DNA of 63,871 nt, the filler included, from Reclinomonas americana ATCC 50394 (taxonomy: Eukaryota), in NCBI GenBank assembly GCA_048213135.1. It is 8 parts of 3 records of this genome, joined end to end, with 100 filler letters (N's around TTAATTAATTAA, not from the genome) between each part and the next. Parts side by side here need not be neighbours in the genome. Positions count along the whole stretch, not along the records: positions 54,302 to 57,929 come from PS015357.1; positions 58,030 to 60,577 come from PS015357.1; positions 60,678 to 63,871 come from PS015357.1; 5 more parts are not named here. One strand, written 5' to 3'. This document shows positions 54,302 to 63,871 of the stretch, piece by piece. The notes beneath the pieces are model-generated. The model worked only from the letters and a program-made list of their open reading frames with translations. It made no database searches and had not been told where the DNA came from. Within the stretch, counting starts at the first letter, position 1; every line of letters begins with the position of its first letter. The translations under genes and the position numbers were made by a program.

Positions 54302-56404
54302 CTGGCCGAGCACGGAGTGGCAGTGGTTGGCTTGGGCGATGCGCTGGACTCGGTGGATGCGCTGCAGACGAATGACACGCGGCTCCAGTTCCAGTCGCTG
54401 GTGCTCGACGGCCTCGGCGCACACGCCAGGCATCACAACGAGAAGGCTCACGATTTTGTGTGGGAGGTGGCCCCCGCGCCCCCGTCGTTACCGACTGCTT
54501 CCGAGTCGACCGCTGTGCCACTGGCGCGTTCACAGACTGCCGAGCCGTTTGACGTGCACACTGACGCCAGCTTTGAAGAGCCGCCGCCGCGCTTCATGGT
54601 GCTGGCGTCGGTGCGTGCTGATCGTTGCGGTGGCGGGCTGTCGTCCTTTGCCTCGGTCGCCGACGCCGTGTCACGACTCGACGGCGAGGATGTGGCCGTG
54701 CTGCTGCGCACGGTGGTGCAGTGGCAAGTTCCGCCAGAGTTTCGCCACTCCAGCGACGACGGCGATGAGCCGTCGCTAATGGCGCCGGTGTTGATGAGCG
54801 AGTCGCGCGCTCGTTTGCGTCGCGATATTATCCGCACCGCGCATCTGAGTGTCGACGAGGCCGCGGCGTTTTGGCGTGCCTTTGACCGCTTTGAGGAGCT
54901 GCTGCATCGTGCCTGCGATGCCAACACCTTTCTGCTGCCGGAGCGGTGCCTGCTGTTCCTCGATAACCAGCGCATGGTGCACTCGCGCACCGAGGTCCGC
55001 GACAAGCGCCGCATGTTATGGCGCATTCGCTACGATCCGGCGCAGCGACCCGAGCTCGATCGCGTGCTGCTCGCCGCTTCATCGCATCCACTCTATCAGC
55101 AACAGCCGCAGCCGCAGCCGCAGCCGCAACCTCCACCGACGTGGCTCTCGCTTGCCACGTGGCCCGTGCAGAACAAGCGGCAATTGCTCGACCGCGTCTC
55201 TGCCGTGTTCGCCAACACGTACTCTGGTCGAGGTGGGGTGTACTGGAGCCCGTCCGGTGGCACCACAGCGACGCCCGGCACGCCGGCACACTGCTCGGCA
55301 ATGCCGTCGTCACTGGCCGACAACGCACTGATGCGTTCGATGCTGCGCAACCTGCAACGCTCACGCGGTGTGATTGGTCCCGACACGGTGTGCGTGAGTC
55401 TGTTTGGCTGTGGCAATCTGGTGCGCTCCATGGAGGTGCAGGGTGAGATTCTGGTGGGTGCCGGTGCCACTCACCTGCCCATGAGTTCGTTGGCCACCGA
55501 TGCCGACACGGTGGCCTGCTGCACGCACTTCCAGGCCAACATGCTGTGCGGGTGGGGTTCTCGTCTCCTCCAGCTGGCCGCGTATTGCGCGCGTCACCAC
55601 GGCACAGAGCACTACTTGCGCTCGGTGCGGACAGTGTTGCACGGAGGGGAGCCACTGAGTGCAAGTCAACGCACGGCGCTCCGCAAAATGTGCCATCCCG
55701 AGTGCAGGCTAATGGCGATTTACGGCAGCGCCGAGGCCGGCGTGTTTGCGCTGGGCGAGGAGGTCAACAACGGCGCCGAGGTGTATCGCGTGCTCACGGA
55801 TGCGGTCCACCTAGAGGTGCTGCCGGTCGATGCCGATCCGGATTCTGGCGAGCTGGTGCCCGACGGCGAGTTTGGGCGCTTGGTGGTGACGAATCTGGTG
55901 CGCCGCTCGCACCCACTGGTGCGCTTCGACACTGGCGACTATGTGAGGTTCACCTCGGCAGCACGCGATACGATTGAGGTGCGTGGTCGCGTGCCGACCA
56001 CCACAGCAACGCCCTTTGGCAGTGTGTTTGTCAAGTGGAGCGAGGTGGTGGACGCGGTGACGCCGGCCCTCGCGGACGGCAGTGTCGGTGCGCTCTATCA
56101 GTTGTGGATACACCCGCCACGAGCAAGTCCGTCTCCACGAGTGTCGAGTGATGGCGTGCCGTACTTTACCGAGGTCGACTTGATGGTGTGCCCCGTCACC
56201 GACGGCGGAGCAGCGTGGCCGACAATCGTGCGCGAGATCGAGCACCGCCTGCGCCAGTTGTTTGATCCCGCTGCCACACTGGTGCAGCAAGTGCGCGTGG
56301 TGTCGGTGGACGACGCAACGCAGCTGCGCCGGTCGCCACGCAGCAACAAATTGTTGCACTTTGTGGACTTGCGGGCTCGGCCAGAGGTGTCGGCGTCGAA
56401 ATAG
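54302..56404 (+). CDS. TauD/TfdA Fe(II)/2-oxoglutarate dioxygenase domain fused to a PaaK/F390-synthetase-like adenylate-forming ligase; open at the 5' end
   Basis: LAEHGVAVV, FDVHTDASF (HxD), GGGLS, LDNQRMVHSR (distal His), KRRMLWRIR; QPQP linker; SPSGGTT, HGGEPL, YGSAEAG, GRLVVTNL...PLVRFDTGD, VRGR, RSNKL; 700 codons with no intron. Confidence 0.9.
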   Translation: MAEHGVAVVGLGDALDSVDALQTNDTRLQFQSLVLDGLGAHARHHNEKAHDFVWEVAPAPPSLPTASESTAVPLARSQTAEPFDVHTDASFEEPPPRFMVLASVRADRCGGGLSSFASVADAVSRLDGEDVAVLLRTVVQWQVPPEFRHSSDDGDEPSLMAPVLMSESRARLRRDIIRTAHLSVDEAAAFWRAFDRFEELLHRACDANTFLLPERCLLFLDNQRMVHSRTEVRDKRRMLWRIRYDPAQRPELDRVLLAASSHPLYQQQPQPQPQPQPPPTWLSLATWPVQNKRQLLDRVSAVFANTYSGRGGVYWSPSGGTTATPGTPAHCSAMPSSLADNALMRSMLRNLQRSRGVIGPDTVCVSLFGCGNLVRSMEVQGEILVGAGATHLPMSSLATDADTVACCTHFQANMLCGWGSRLLQLAAYCARHHGTEHYLRSVRTVLHGGEPLSASQRTALRKMCHPECRLMAIYGSAEAGVFALGEEVNNGAEVYRVLTDAVHLEVLPVDADPDSGELVPDGEFGRLVVTNLVRRSHPLVRFDTGDYVRFTSAARDTIEVRGRVPTTTATPFGSVFVKWSEVVDAVTPALADGSVGALYQLWIHPPRASPSPRVSSDGVPYFTEVDLMVCPVTDGGAAWPTIVREIEHRLRQLFDPAATLVQQVRVVSVDDATQLRRSPRSNKLLHFVDLRARPEVSASK

Positions 56405-56520
56405 CTAGAGTAATTCTAATGATTAAGTAGCACTAATGAAAGAATAGTGAGTGAGTGACTCGTGTATCATTTCGCTTCCTTGATTCACTTCCGTCCTACA
56501 CGCACAGCACTCACTGTTCC

Positions 56521-57903
56521 TCACTCGTACACTGGATAGCCGGTGTACACGAGATCCGAGACGCCGCACTGGTCGACACCGATCTTGAAGTAGCCTGCAC
56601 GAGAGAACATCAAGAGTCAATCCAACGCAAACGCAACAAAGAAGTAAGCACATCGGAGACACCGCCAAACCGTTCATGCCAAAGTTGGTTCCCCACGAGT
56701 TTTGAGCTGAGAGTGCAGTGAGTACACCCGAGGTCGCCGTCGCAGTCGCAAAATAACACACAAAATATACAACTCACCCAACCAGTACGCGACGCCATTC
56801 TCTGTGCCGTACCCAAAGACCTTGACCGAGTGCAGGCCCTCGTAGCCACCATGCTGGTGCACTGCACATGAAACAAATCAGTGGATATTCCTACGCATGC
56901 ACATATACGATGCGTCACGTCGGACTCACCGTACACGCCACTAGAGTACGAGTAGAAATCGCCTGTGAGAGGGCGAGGGAGGAGTCAGTCTCGATGGAGC
57001 ATGTGCCAAGAGGGGGCTGCTTGAGCGACGCACTGTACACGTTAAAGTCGACGCTGACGGGTCCATCGAGGAGAGCCTGGCGAATCTCATCCAGGTGCTT
57101 CTTCGGATCCAGCAGGCTGCCGACGTGCGTCACATTCTGCGCGTGGTACAGCTTGTAGTTGCCGCCGTCCTCGCACTGCTTCGGGCAGCTGGGCACGTGG
57201 CCTGTGTGCGTCAGTCGAGGTGAGTATGTGCGAGGAGAAGATCGAGGCCATCTCTTCGCGCGTGACGAACCATCACCGCTGACGTACGGCACGCAGTCGA
57301 GCGTGGTGACGCCACGACTGGCCAAAAAGTCCCACGCAAAGTTCGGCAGCGAGCCCATGGTGCAGTGCAGGCTGCGAGCAGGTGTGAAAGAGGGACAACA
57401 CACCGACAGCAAACATCGTGGAATGCATCGCAACTTGATGTGCTCGCAGCTCAGCAAATCCTGCGGCGAGAGCGTCACATTGACGGTGCCGTTCGAGTGG
57501 ATGCAGAAACGATCGGAGAGCGCCTCGGTGGATCCAAACGCCTGTGAATGTGGTGTCAGCAGTCCTGATTTCGTGTAGCACGGAATGCCAAGCGAGTCGA
57601 GTCGTCATGACACACGATTGCTAACTGCTGACACAACGCTTCGTTCTTCTTGCAAGACAAGAGCTCTTCTTGTGCTCCAACTCACCCAGCACGATCCGCA
57701 GTCTCCCTGATTCAGCACCTGGCGCGGATAGCACTCTGGCCGCACACGATAAGGCCCTTCCTTCTTCCATCCTGAGAACACCAACACACATCATACACAA
57801 CACACCTGGCCACGCCGTCGCCGCATCAAACTCGGCCGGCAGCCCCGAATCCTCCGAAAACGTCGACGGAACGTGCATCTCCTCCAGTGGCGAGCGACCG
57901 CCC
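56521..57903 (-). CDS. Cathepsin B-like papain-family cysteine protease; multi-exon, 5' end missing
   Basis: LPAEFDAATAWP, NQGDCGSCW/AFGSTEALSDRFCI, LSPQDLLSC, GPVSVDFNVY, GLHSVKVFGYG...YW, NSWGTNFGMNG/YFKI. Confidence 0.95.
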
Positions 57904-58029
57904 TGCGCACACACACACACTCAAGTAAGNNNNNNNNNNNNNNNNNNNNNNNNNNNNNNNNNNNNNNNNNNNNTTAATTAATTAANNNNNNNNNNNNNNN
58001 NNNNNNNNNNNNNNNNNNNNNNNNNNNNN

Positions 58030-58143
58030 GTACTTCTTGGCGGCTGGAGCTGTGGCAGCGGAGAAGGCGACTGTGGTGGCGGCGCAGGTGGTTGCCACCA
58101 GTGGCGAGGCGCGAGAGAAGAGCTTGGCTGCGCGCGCAAACAT
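58030..58143 (-). CDS. 5' fragment of a probable mitochondrially targeted protein
   Basis: MFARAAKLFSRASPLVATTCAATTVAFSAATAPAAKKY: rich in Arg/Ala/Ser, no acidic residues; runs into a gap. Confidence 0.5.
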
Positions 58144-58693
58144 GTCGATTTGAAAATAAAAAAAATGATCGGAACAAAGACTCCGATGGACAAAGTGAAG
58201 CCCGAAAACCAAGCGGGCCCATACACAGCAAATGCATGGTCCGCGCAACTCCGATCATTGTACGGCAGCGGTGATGGTGGTGGTGGCAACTTCATCAGAC
58301 CGGCGGTGAGCTTCGAATTCGTTCCCAGCCGCGCGCAGCGAAGCGAATTCGAATTCGAATCACAGGTGCAACTGGGATACAGCTATGCTTATTGTGCGTG
58401 AACGCGAAATCGAGACAACTGCAGCTGCAGCTTCAAGTGCCTTGCGCATGCATATGCATGCATATGCCGAATTCGAATAATATTTCGAATTTGCAATTGA
58501 ATGCAGGCGCTACTGCACGAGGAAACCCGTTGCAAAGACCGTCACTGGAGCGCCTCGCCTGTAGCGCGCATCCCCACCGTCGCCGCGAAGAGGGCACCTT
58601 TGGAAACAGCTTCGTTTACAGTTTGTCCGACCGCGAGCACTCCCGGTTTGTCACCGCAAACCCCCGTATTTTGACCTTTTTTTAGAGAGAAGA

Positions 58694-59214
58694 ATGGAGT
58701 TGATGGTGAAGCGTCTGTCGGCAACCGCCACCCTGCCCACTCGTGCCTCAGAGCTCGCAGCTGGCTACGATCTGTCAAGGTGTGCACAATCTCTCTCTCT
58801 CACACACTTTCATCACTCACCTCTCTCTCACACACACTCAGCGCGGAGGAGTCTGTGGTCCCCGCGCGCGGTCGCGCACTGATCAAGACCGACTTGGCGA
58901 TCGCCGTGCCTCTGGGCCACTACGGGCGAGTGGCACCGCGCTCGGGCTTGACATGGAAGAATGGACTCGACACGGGCGCTGGCGTCATCGACGCCGACTA
59001 CCGTGGCAATGTCGGTGTGATCCTGTTCAACCACTCGGATCAGGATTTCGCAGTGCATGTGGGCGATCGCATCGCGCAGTTGATCATTGAGCGAATTTCC
59101 ACGCCGCAAGTGCTGGAGACTCTCGGCGATCTGCCAGACACGGTGCGCGGGGAGGGCGGCTTTGGATCGACGGGAGTTGGCTCGTCGTCGTCTGCTGCTG
59201 CTGGCGTGCAGTGA
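58694..59214 (+). CDS. dut: Trimeric dUTP diphosphatase; one intron ~58780-58841
   Basis: [47 protein letters not shown]. Confidence 0.97.
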
Positions 59215-59305
59215 GTTGTGGAGGGATAGATGGATGGTTATTGATTGAGGATTGTTGTTACTTGTACATCTGTGACGCGCGATTTGCTACTCCCACGCAT
59301 CATCA

Positions 59306-60577
59306 TCACTTGGCAGTCGCTTCTGCAGGGGCGCGCGCTCGCCGTGGCGAGTGGCGCCGTTTCAACAGGAATACACCGTCGGGCCGCGAGAAGATGCCGT
59401 GACGGTCGGCACACTCAAAGTACTGCACGCCATTCACCGAGCCGTCATTGCGGCCGTCTGTGATGGGAGGGTGTGGGTGAGAAAAAGACACAAGACTGCC
59501 ATCAGCATCTCGCAAAGCCATTCGCTTTGTTGTTACATAGACAGATATCCACCCACCACAGAGCCACTGTCTCCTTTCTTCTCCTCCAATGCGTGAACCA
59601 GCTGAACACTTAACCGCAAGCCTCTCCCCTCCCACTATCTCCTTTCTTCTCCTCCACTGTGTGAATACAGAAACCCATCCAAACCGCGCACAGTCTCTTT
59701 CCGCCCACAAGCTCATCCCTCTCCCCCTTGCTCCTTCCCCACTTTCCGCACTCACCGGGGTGCACCAACTCGATTCCAATCCACAGACCCTCCGAAAACG
59801 CCGGCTCTCCCACGTAGCGCACCGTGCCAGGCAAACGCATAGTGGTCACCTCCACACGCTCGCCAATCTCGGGCAAGCGCTTCGGCTTTGGCGGCGACTG
59901 CGGCGACGGCGGTGACGCAGCTTGCTCGGCATCCTTTCGATGAATGTCAGCGGGCATATACACACACTAAACGACTCTCCCTTTGCTCCGCACGCAACGA
60001 CTTGCTGTACGGGATCGTACGGCTGCAACACACGAGCCAGCTTCTCGTATTGGTGAGTCCGTGCCAAGACGGCGAGTTGCGCGAGTGCATTCTCCTGCCA
60101 CCCACCCTTCTGTGAGACAAATGCCCACCCTCACACAATAAGCACNNNNNNNNNNNNNNNNNNNNNNNNNNNNNNNNACTTTGTGATACACACCAGTTCC
60201 CTGGCCTTGCGCTCGTTCTGTAGCCGCTTCTCCGACTTGACGCGCTCTCGAGGCGGTGGCGACGGTGGTCCCGTCTCATGCTCCTGCTCCTGCTGCTGCT
60301 CCGCCTCTGCATCATGCACGTGGCCGTTCTGCTGCGGTTGCCGAGCGTCGGTCCGCTGCGGCGACGACGGCGCGCTCATTCTCGCCAGCTGCGTCAGGTC
60401 CTCAGCCGACGGCAGCGTTGTGTCCACGCTCAGCGCCGCCTGACACCTGGCCAGCGTGTCCTCGAGCGCCGACAGCTTTTCGCTGGCGCGTGTCAGGTGC
60501 ACGCGACGGGCGGCGAGCGCCTGCCGGATCTTGCCCTGCAGGTACACGCCACGAATCCAAGCACACACACCAGCCGC
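59306..60577 (-). CDS. Protein with a C-terminal CAP-Gly domain preceded by coiled-coil/Pro-rich segments; 5' truncated
   Basis: IGERVEV...GTVRYVGEPAFSEGLWIGIEL/DGRNDGSVNGVQYFEC...HGIFSRP. Confidence 0.88.
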
Positions 60578-60679
60578 NNNNNNNNNNNNNNNNNNNNNNN
60601 NNNNNNNNNNNNNNNNNNNNNTTAATTAATTAANNNNNNNNNNNNNNNNNNNNNNNNNNNNNNNNNNNNNNNNNNNNCC

Positions 60680-61192
60680 TATGAGCACTATGGTGTCGCG
60701 CCCGACATCATGTCGATCGCCAAGGGCATCGGCGGCGGCTTCCCGATGGGCGCCTGCCTCGCCACCGAGGAGGCGGCTTCCGGCATGACGCTCGGCACCC
60801 ACGGCACCACCTTCGGCGGCAATCCGCTCGCCATGGCGGTCGGCAACGCCGTGCTCGACGTCATCCTGGCGCCGGGCTTCCTCGACCATGTCCAGAAGAC
60901 GGCGCTGCGTCTGCGCCAGTCGCTGGCCCAGCTCAAGGACCAGCACCCGCAGGTGATCGAGGAGATCCGCGGCGAGGGGCTGATGCTCGGCCTCAAGCTC
61001 AAGACCCCCAACACCGATTTCGTCGCCCAGGCCCGCGCCGCCGGCCTGCTGGTGGTCGCTGCCGGCGACAATGTCGTGCGCCTGCTTCCGCCCTTGATCA
61101 TCGGCGAGAGCGAAGTGGCTGAAGGGGTGGCGCGGCTCGACAAGGCGGCGGGCGCGGTCGAGGCGGAACTCGCCCGGCCGGCAGCGGAGTGA
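60680..61192 (+). CDS. argD: Acetylornithine aminotransferase, 3' part (bacterial)
   Basis: [15 protein letters not shown] (PLP lysine), [28 protein letters not shown]; directly upstream of argF. Confidence 0.95.
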   Translation, partial: YEHYGVAPDIMSIAKGIGGGFPMGACLATEEAASGMTLGTHGTTFGGNPLAMAVGNAVLDVILAPGFLDHVQKTALRLRQSLAQLKDQHPQVIEEIRGEGLMLGLKLKTPNTDFVAQARAAGLLVVAAGDNVVRLLPPLIIGESEVAEGVARLDKAAGAVEAELARPAAE

Positions 61193-62123
61193 GCATGATG
61201 TCTGCGACGCGTCATTTTCTCGATCTCTCGGATTTCTCCGCCGGCGAGCTCAGGTCCATCCTCAAGACTGGCGAGGAGATCAAGGCCCGCCGGCGCACGC
61301 CGGCAGCTGCCGGCGACCGCCTGCTCGAGGGCAAGGTCATCGCCATGATCTTCGAGCAGCCCTCGCTGCGGACCCGCGTCTCCTTCGACGTCGGCATCCG
61401 CGAGCTCGGCGGCTCGCCGATGATGGTGACCGGTCAGGAGATCGAGCTCGGCGAGCGCGAGACCATCGCCGACACCGCCCGCGTGCTGTCGCGCTATGTC
61501 GACGCGATCATGATCCGCATGCTCGACCATGATTCCGTGGTCGAGATGGCGAAATACGCCACCGTGCCGGTGATCAACGGCCTGACCAAGCGCCAGCATC
61601 CCTGCCAGGTCATGGCCGACGTCATGACCTTCGAGGAGCGCAAGGGCCCGATCAAGGGCAAGCGCATCGCCTGGACCGGCGACACCAACAATGTCCTGAC
61701 CTCCTGGGTCCATGCTGCCGGAAGGCTCGATTTCGAGCTCGCCATCGCGACGCCCGAGGAGTTGGCCCCCCGCCGGCCCTGCTCGACTGGGCCCGCAAGC
61801 AGGGCGCCAAGCTGCAGCTCACCAGCCGGCCCGAGGCAGCGGTCGAGGGCGCCGACTGCGTCATCACCGATTGCTGGGTCTCGATGGGCGACGAGGAAGG
61901 CACGCGCCACAACCTGCTGCGGCCCTACCAGGTCGACGAGCGTCTGCTCGGCCGCGCCGAGAAGGATGCGATCTTCATGCACTGCCTCCCGGCTTCGCGT
62001 GGCGAGGAAGTGACCGATCAGGTCATGGATGGCCCGCAATCGGCTGTCTTCGACGAGGCCGAGAACCGGCTGCATGCCCAGAAGGGCATCCTGGCCTGGT
62101 GCTTCGGCGGAGTGGCGGCCTGA
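61189..62123 (+). CDS. argF: Ornithine carbamoyltransferase; apparent 1-nt frameshift at C-run 61766-61771
   Basis: [28 protein letters not shown], then in the shifted frame [32 protein letters not shown]. Confidence 0.96.
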
Positions 62124-62232
62124 TGGCGGACGCCTCGCCCACGGGCGCACCCGACGATCGGGTGCTGCCTTTCGCCGTGCCGGATCTGGACCTGCGCGGC
62201 CGGGTCGTCAGGCTCGGCCCCTCGCTCGACCA
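62123..62232 (+). CDS. hslO: Hsp33 redox chaperone, 5' fragment
   Basis: DDRVLPFAVPDLDLRGRVVRLGPSLD; TGATG coupling to argF; argD-argF-hslO is a familiar alphaproteobacterial order. Confidence 0.85.
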
Positions 62233-62281
62233 NNNNNNNNNNNNNNNNNNNNNNNNNNNNNNNNNNNNNNNNNNNNNNNNN

Positions 62282-62930
62282 CGGCGGCGAGGCGGGTGCC
62301 GGCATGGACGGCGCTGGCGCCGAGATGCGGCTTGGAGGAATGCGCGGCGAAGCCGGTGATCGCGGTGAAGAAGGTGCGAATGCCCTTGTGCGCGTCAGCG
62401 AGTTCGAGCGAGGTCGGCTCGCCGACGATGACGGCCCGCGGCTTCGGCAGGCTCCTGCCCATCGCGGCGATGCCGTCGACGACGCCGAGGCAGGTCACCT
62501 CCTCGTCATAGGAGAAGAACAGGTGGATCGGGGTCTTCAGGTCAGCCGCGAGGAAATCCGGCACCAGCGCCAGCGCGAGGGCGACGAAGCCCTTCATGTC
62601 GACCGAGCCGCGGCCATAGGCCTTGCCGTCTTCGACATGCAGGGTGAACGGATCGCGCGACCAGGCCTGGCCCTCGACCGGCACGACATCGGTATGGCCG
62701 GAGAGGACGATGCCGCCCTTATCCTGCGGGCCGATCGTGGCGAAGAGCGCCGCCTTGTCGCCGGCCGCATTGGGAAAGCGTACGGACGGCACGCCCCAGC
62801 CGGTGAGATAGTCCTCGACGAAGGCGATCAGGTCGAGATTGGATTTGTGGCTCACCGTGTCGAAGGCGACGAGGCGGGCGAGCATGTCGAGCGGCTGGTA
62901 GCGCTGCCCGGTCGGGGTTGCGGTCGTCAA
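62282..62930 (-). CDS. argE: Acetylornithine deacetylase (M20 family), 3' truncated by a gap
   Basis: LVAFDTVS, LSGHTDVVP, YGRGSVDMKGF, SYDEEV, VIVGEPT, AHKG, AAHSS. Confidence 0.93.
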
Positions 62931-63319
62931 TGCAGAACCTTCTTTACATAGGGCGAGTCGAGCGGGAACAGCGGCACCTCGACATCGAAGCGCGCGCCGT
63001 CCTCGCCGAGCATGGCATAGACGCCGCGCATGCTGCCGTCGGGCGTCATCAGCGGGCAGCCGGAGGTGTAGCTGAAGCGCTCGCCGGGCTGCAGCACCGG
63101 CTGCTGGCCGATCACGCCGTCGCCACGGACCTCGTGCACCTCGCCACGCCCGTCAGTGATGACCCAATGCCGCGTCATCAACTGCATGGTGCGCGACGAC
63201 AGGTTCTCGATCTCGATCGTATAGGCCCAGAAATAGCGGCCTTGATCGGGGGTGGATTCGCTGTCCATGAACTTGGGCGAGGCGGTGACGCGCACGCCAT
63301 GCGTTTCGGCCTGGTACAT
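62927..63319 (-). CDS. apaG: ApaG protein
   Basis: YFWAYTIEIEN...QLMTRHWVITD...VRGDGVIGQQPVLQPGERFSYTSGCPL.TPDGSMRG. Confidence 0.96.
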   Translation of the reverse strand: MYQAETHGVRVTASPKFMDSESTPDQGRYFWAYTIEIENLSSRTMQLMTRHWVITDGRGEVHEVRGDGVIGQQPVLQPGERFSYTSGCPLMTPDGSMRGVYAMLGEDGARFDVEVPLFPLDSPYVKKVLH

Positions 63320-63697
63320 GATCGCAGCTCCGTGCCGTCTGCGCGCGGGGCGCGCCGGGGCGGCGGGAAGGCCTTGTTATGACCTCGGGCGGCGCAGCGT
63401 CAATGCTGCCGATCGGCTGTAGACCCGATGATCCGCGGTTCCGGCATGTGGACAACCTGATGCCGGACTCGCCAGCGCCATCCCGGTGCGGCAGGAAGGA
63501 CGATCAATCTCGCGGCGGGCCGCCTTTGCGCTGCGCTTCACAAAATGGTCTCGGATCAGAGCCTTTCGAATGCAAGGCCTTCCATGCCTCAGCAGAGGCC
63601 TGATAGGGGAAAGGCGCTGTGGATGACGAGGACAATGGCGGCTCGAGCATACCGTTGTATGTAGACTATCAGCCAGACCCATCCGGTGTGAGAAACG

Positions 63698-63871
63698 ATG
63701 ACTTTTGGAATTTGGCCGTCGCAGTGGATCCGGCGAGCTATTGAAGCGGGCGTCATCTACTCCGGTACGCCGATCAATGAAGCCGCGATCCAGCCGGCGA
63801 GCCTGGATCTTCGATTGGGCGACCGAGCTTATCGTGTTCCCACCAGTTTTCTGCCGGGCAAAGGAAATTCC
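63698..63871 (+). CDS. dcd: dCTP deaminase (alphaproteobacterial long type), 5' part
   Basis: MTFGIWPSQWIRRAIEAGVI...IQPASLDLRLGDRAYRVPTSFLPG; not in the ORF track because it runs off the window end. Confidence 0.85.
   Translation, partial: MTFGIWPSQWIRRAIEAGVIYSGTPINEAAIQPASLDLRLGDRAYRVPTSFLPGKGNS

Noticed and set aside
61766..61771. argF pseudogene or programmed frameshift
   Set aside because: A single missing C in a homopolymer with both halves intact; the same error type appears near 34705, so a sequencing error is most likely
58694..63871. dUTPase and dCTP deaminase as a linked pyrimidine module
   Set aside because: They come from different organisms on artificially joined contigs

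Overview
This window is not one natural molecule. It is a draft assembly in which eight pieces are joined by N-TTAATTAATTAA-N linkers and broken by N gaps, and three internal contigs are placed inverted. Positions 1-60577 come from a GC-rich, intron-dense, gene-compact unicellular eukaryote (lineage not determinable; the LRR-phosphatase architecture is amoebozoan-like). Genes: a USP4/11/15-type deubiquitinase, an LRR plus dual-specificity phosphatase, Integrator subunit 8, a ~10 kb coiled-coil gene ending in a GAR-like domain, two tandem WD40 genes, RPL14, mtnB/APIP, a His-rich unknown protein, a TPR protein, an ALYREF/THOC4-like protein, cathepsin B, dUTPase and a CAP-Gly protein. Positions 60678-63871 are an unrelated alphaproteobacterial contig (argD-argF-hslO, argE-apaG, dcd). 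The most interesting object only appears after re-orienting fragments. 52264-53212(+), 54201-53728(-) and 54302-56404(+) rebuild one apparently intronless ~1175-aa ORF fusing a circularly permuted ATP-grasp ligase, a TauD-type Fe(II)/2-oxoglutarate dioxygenase and a PaaK-like adenylate-forming ligase. It is a candidate single-gene, NRPS-independent biosynthetic assembly line embedded in the protist genome. All calls come from reading motifs by eye; exon boundaries are approximate.
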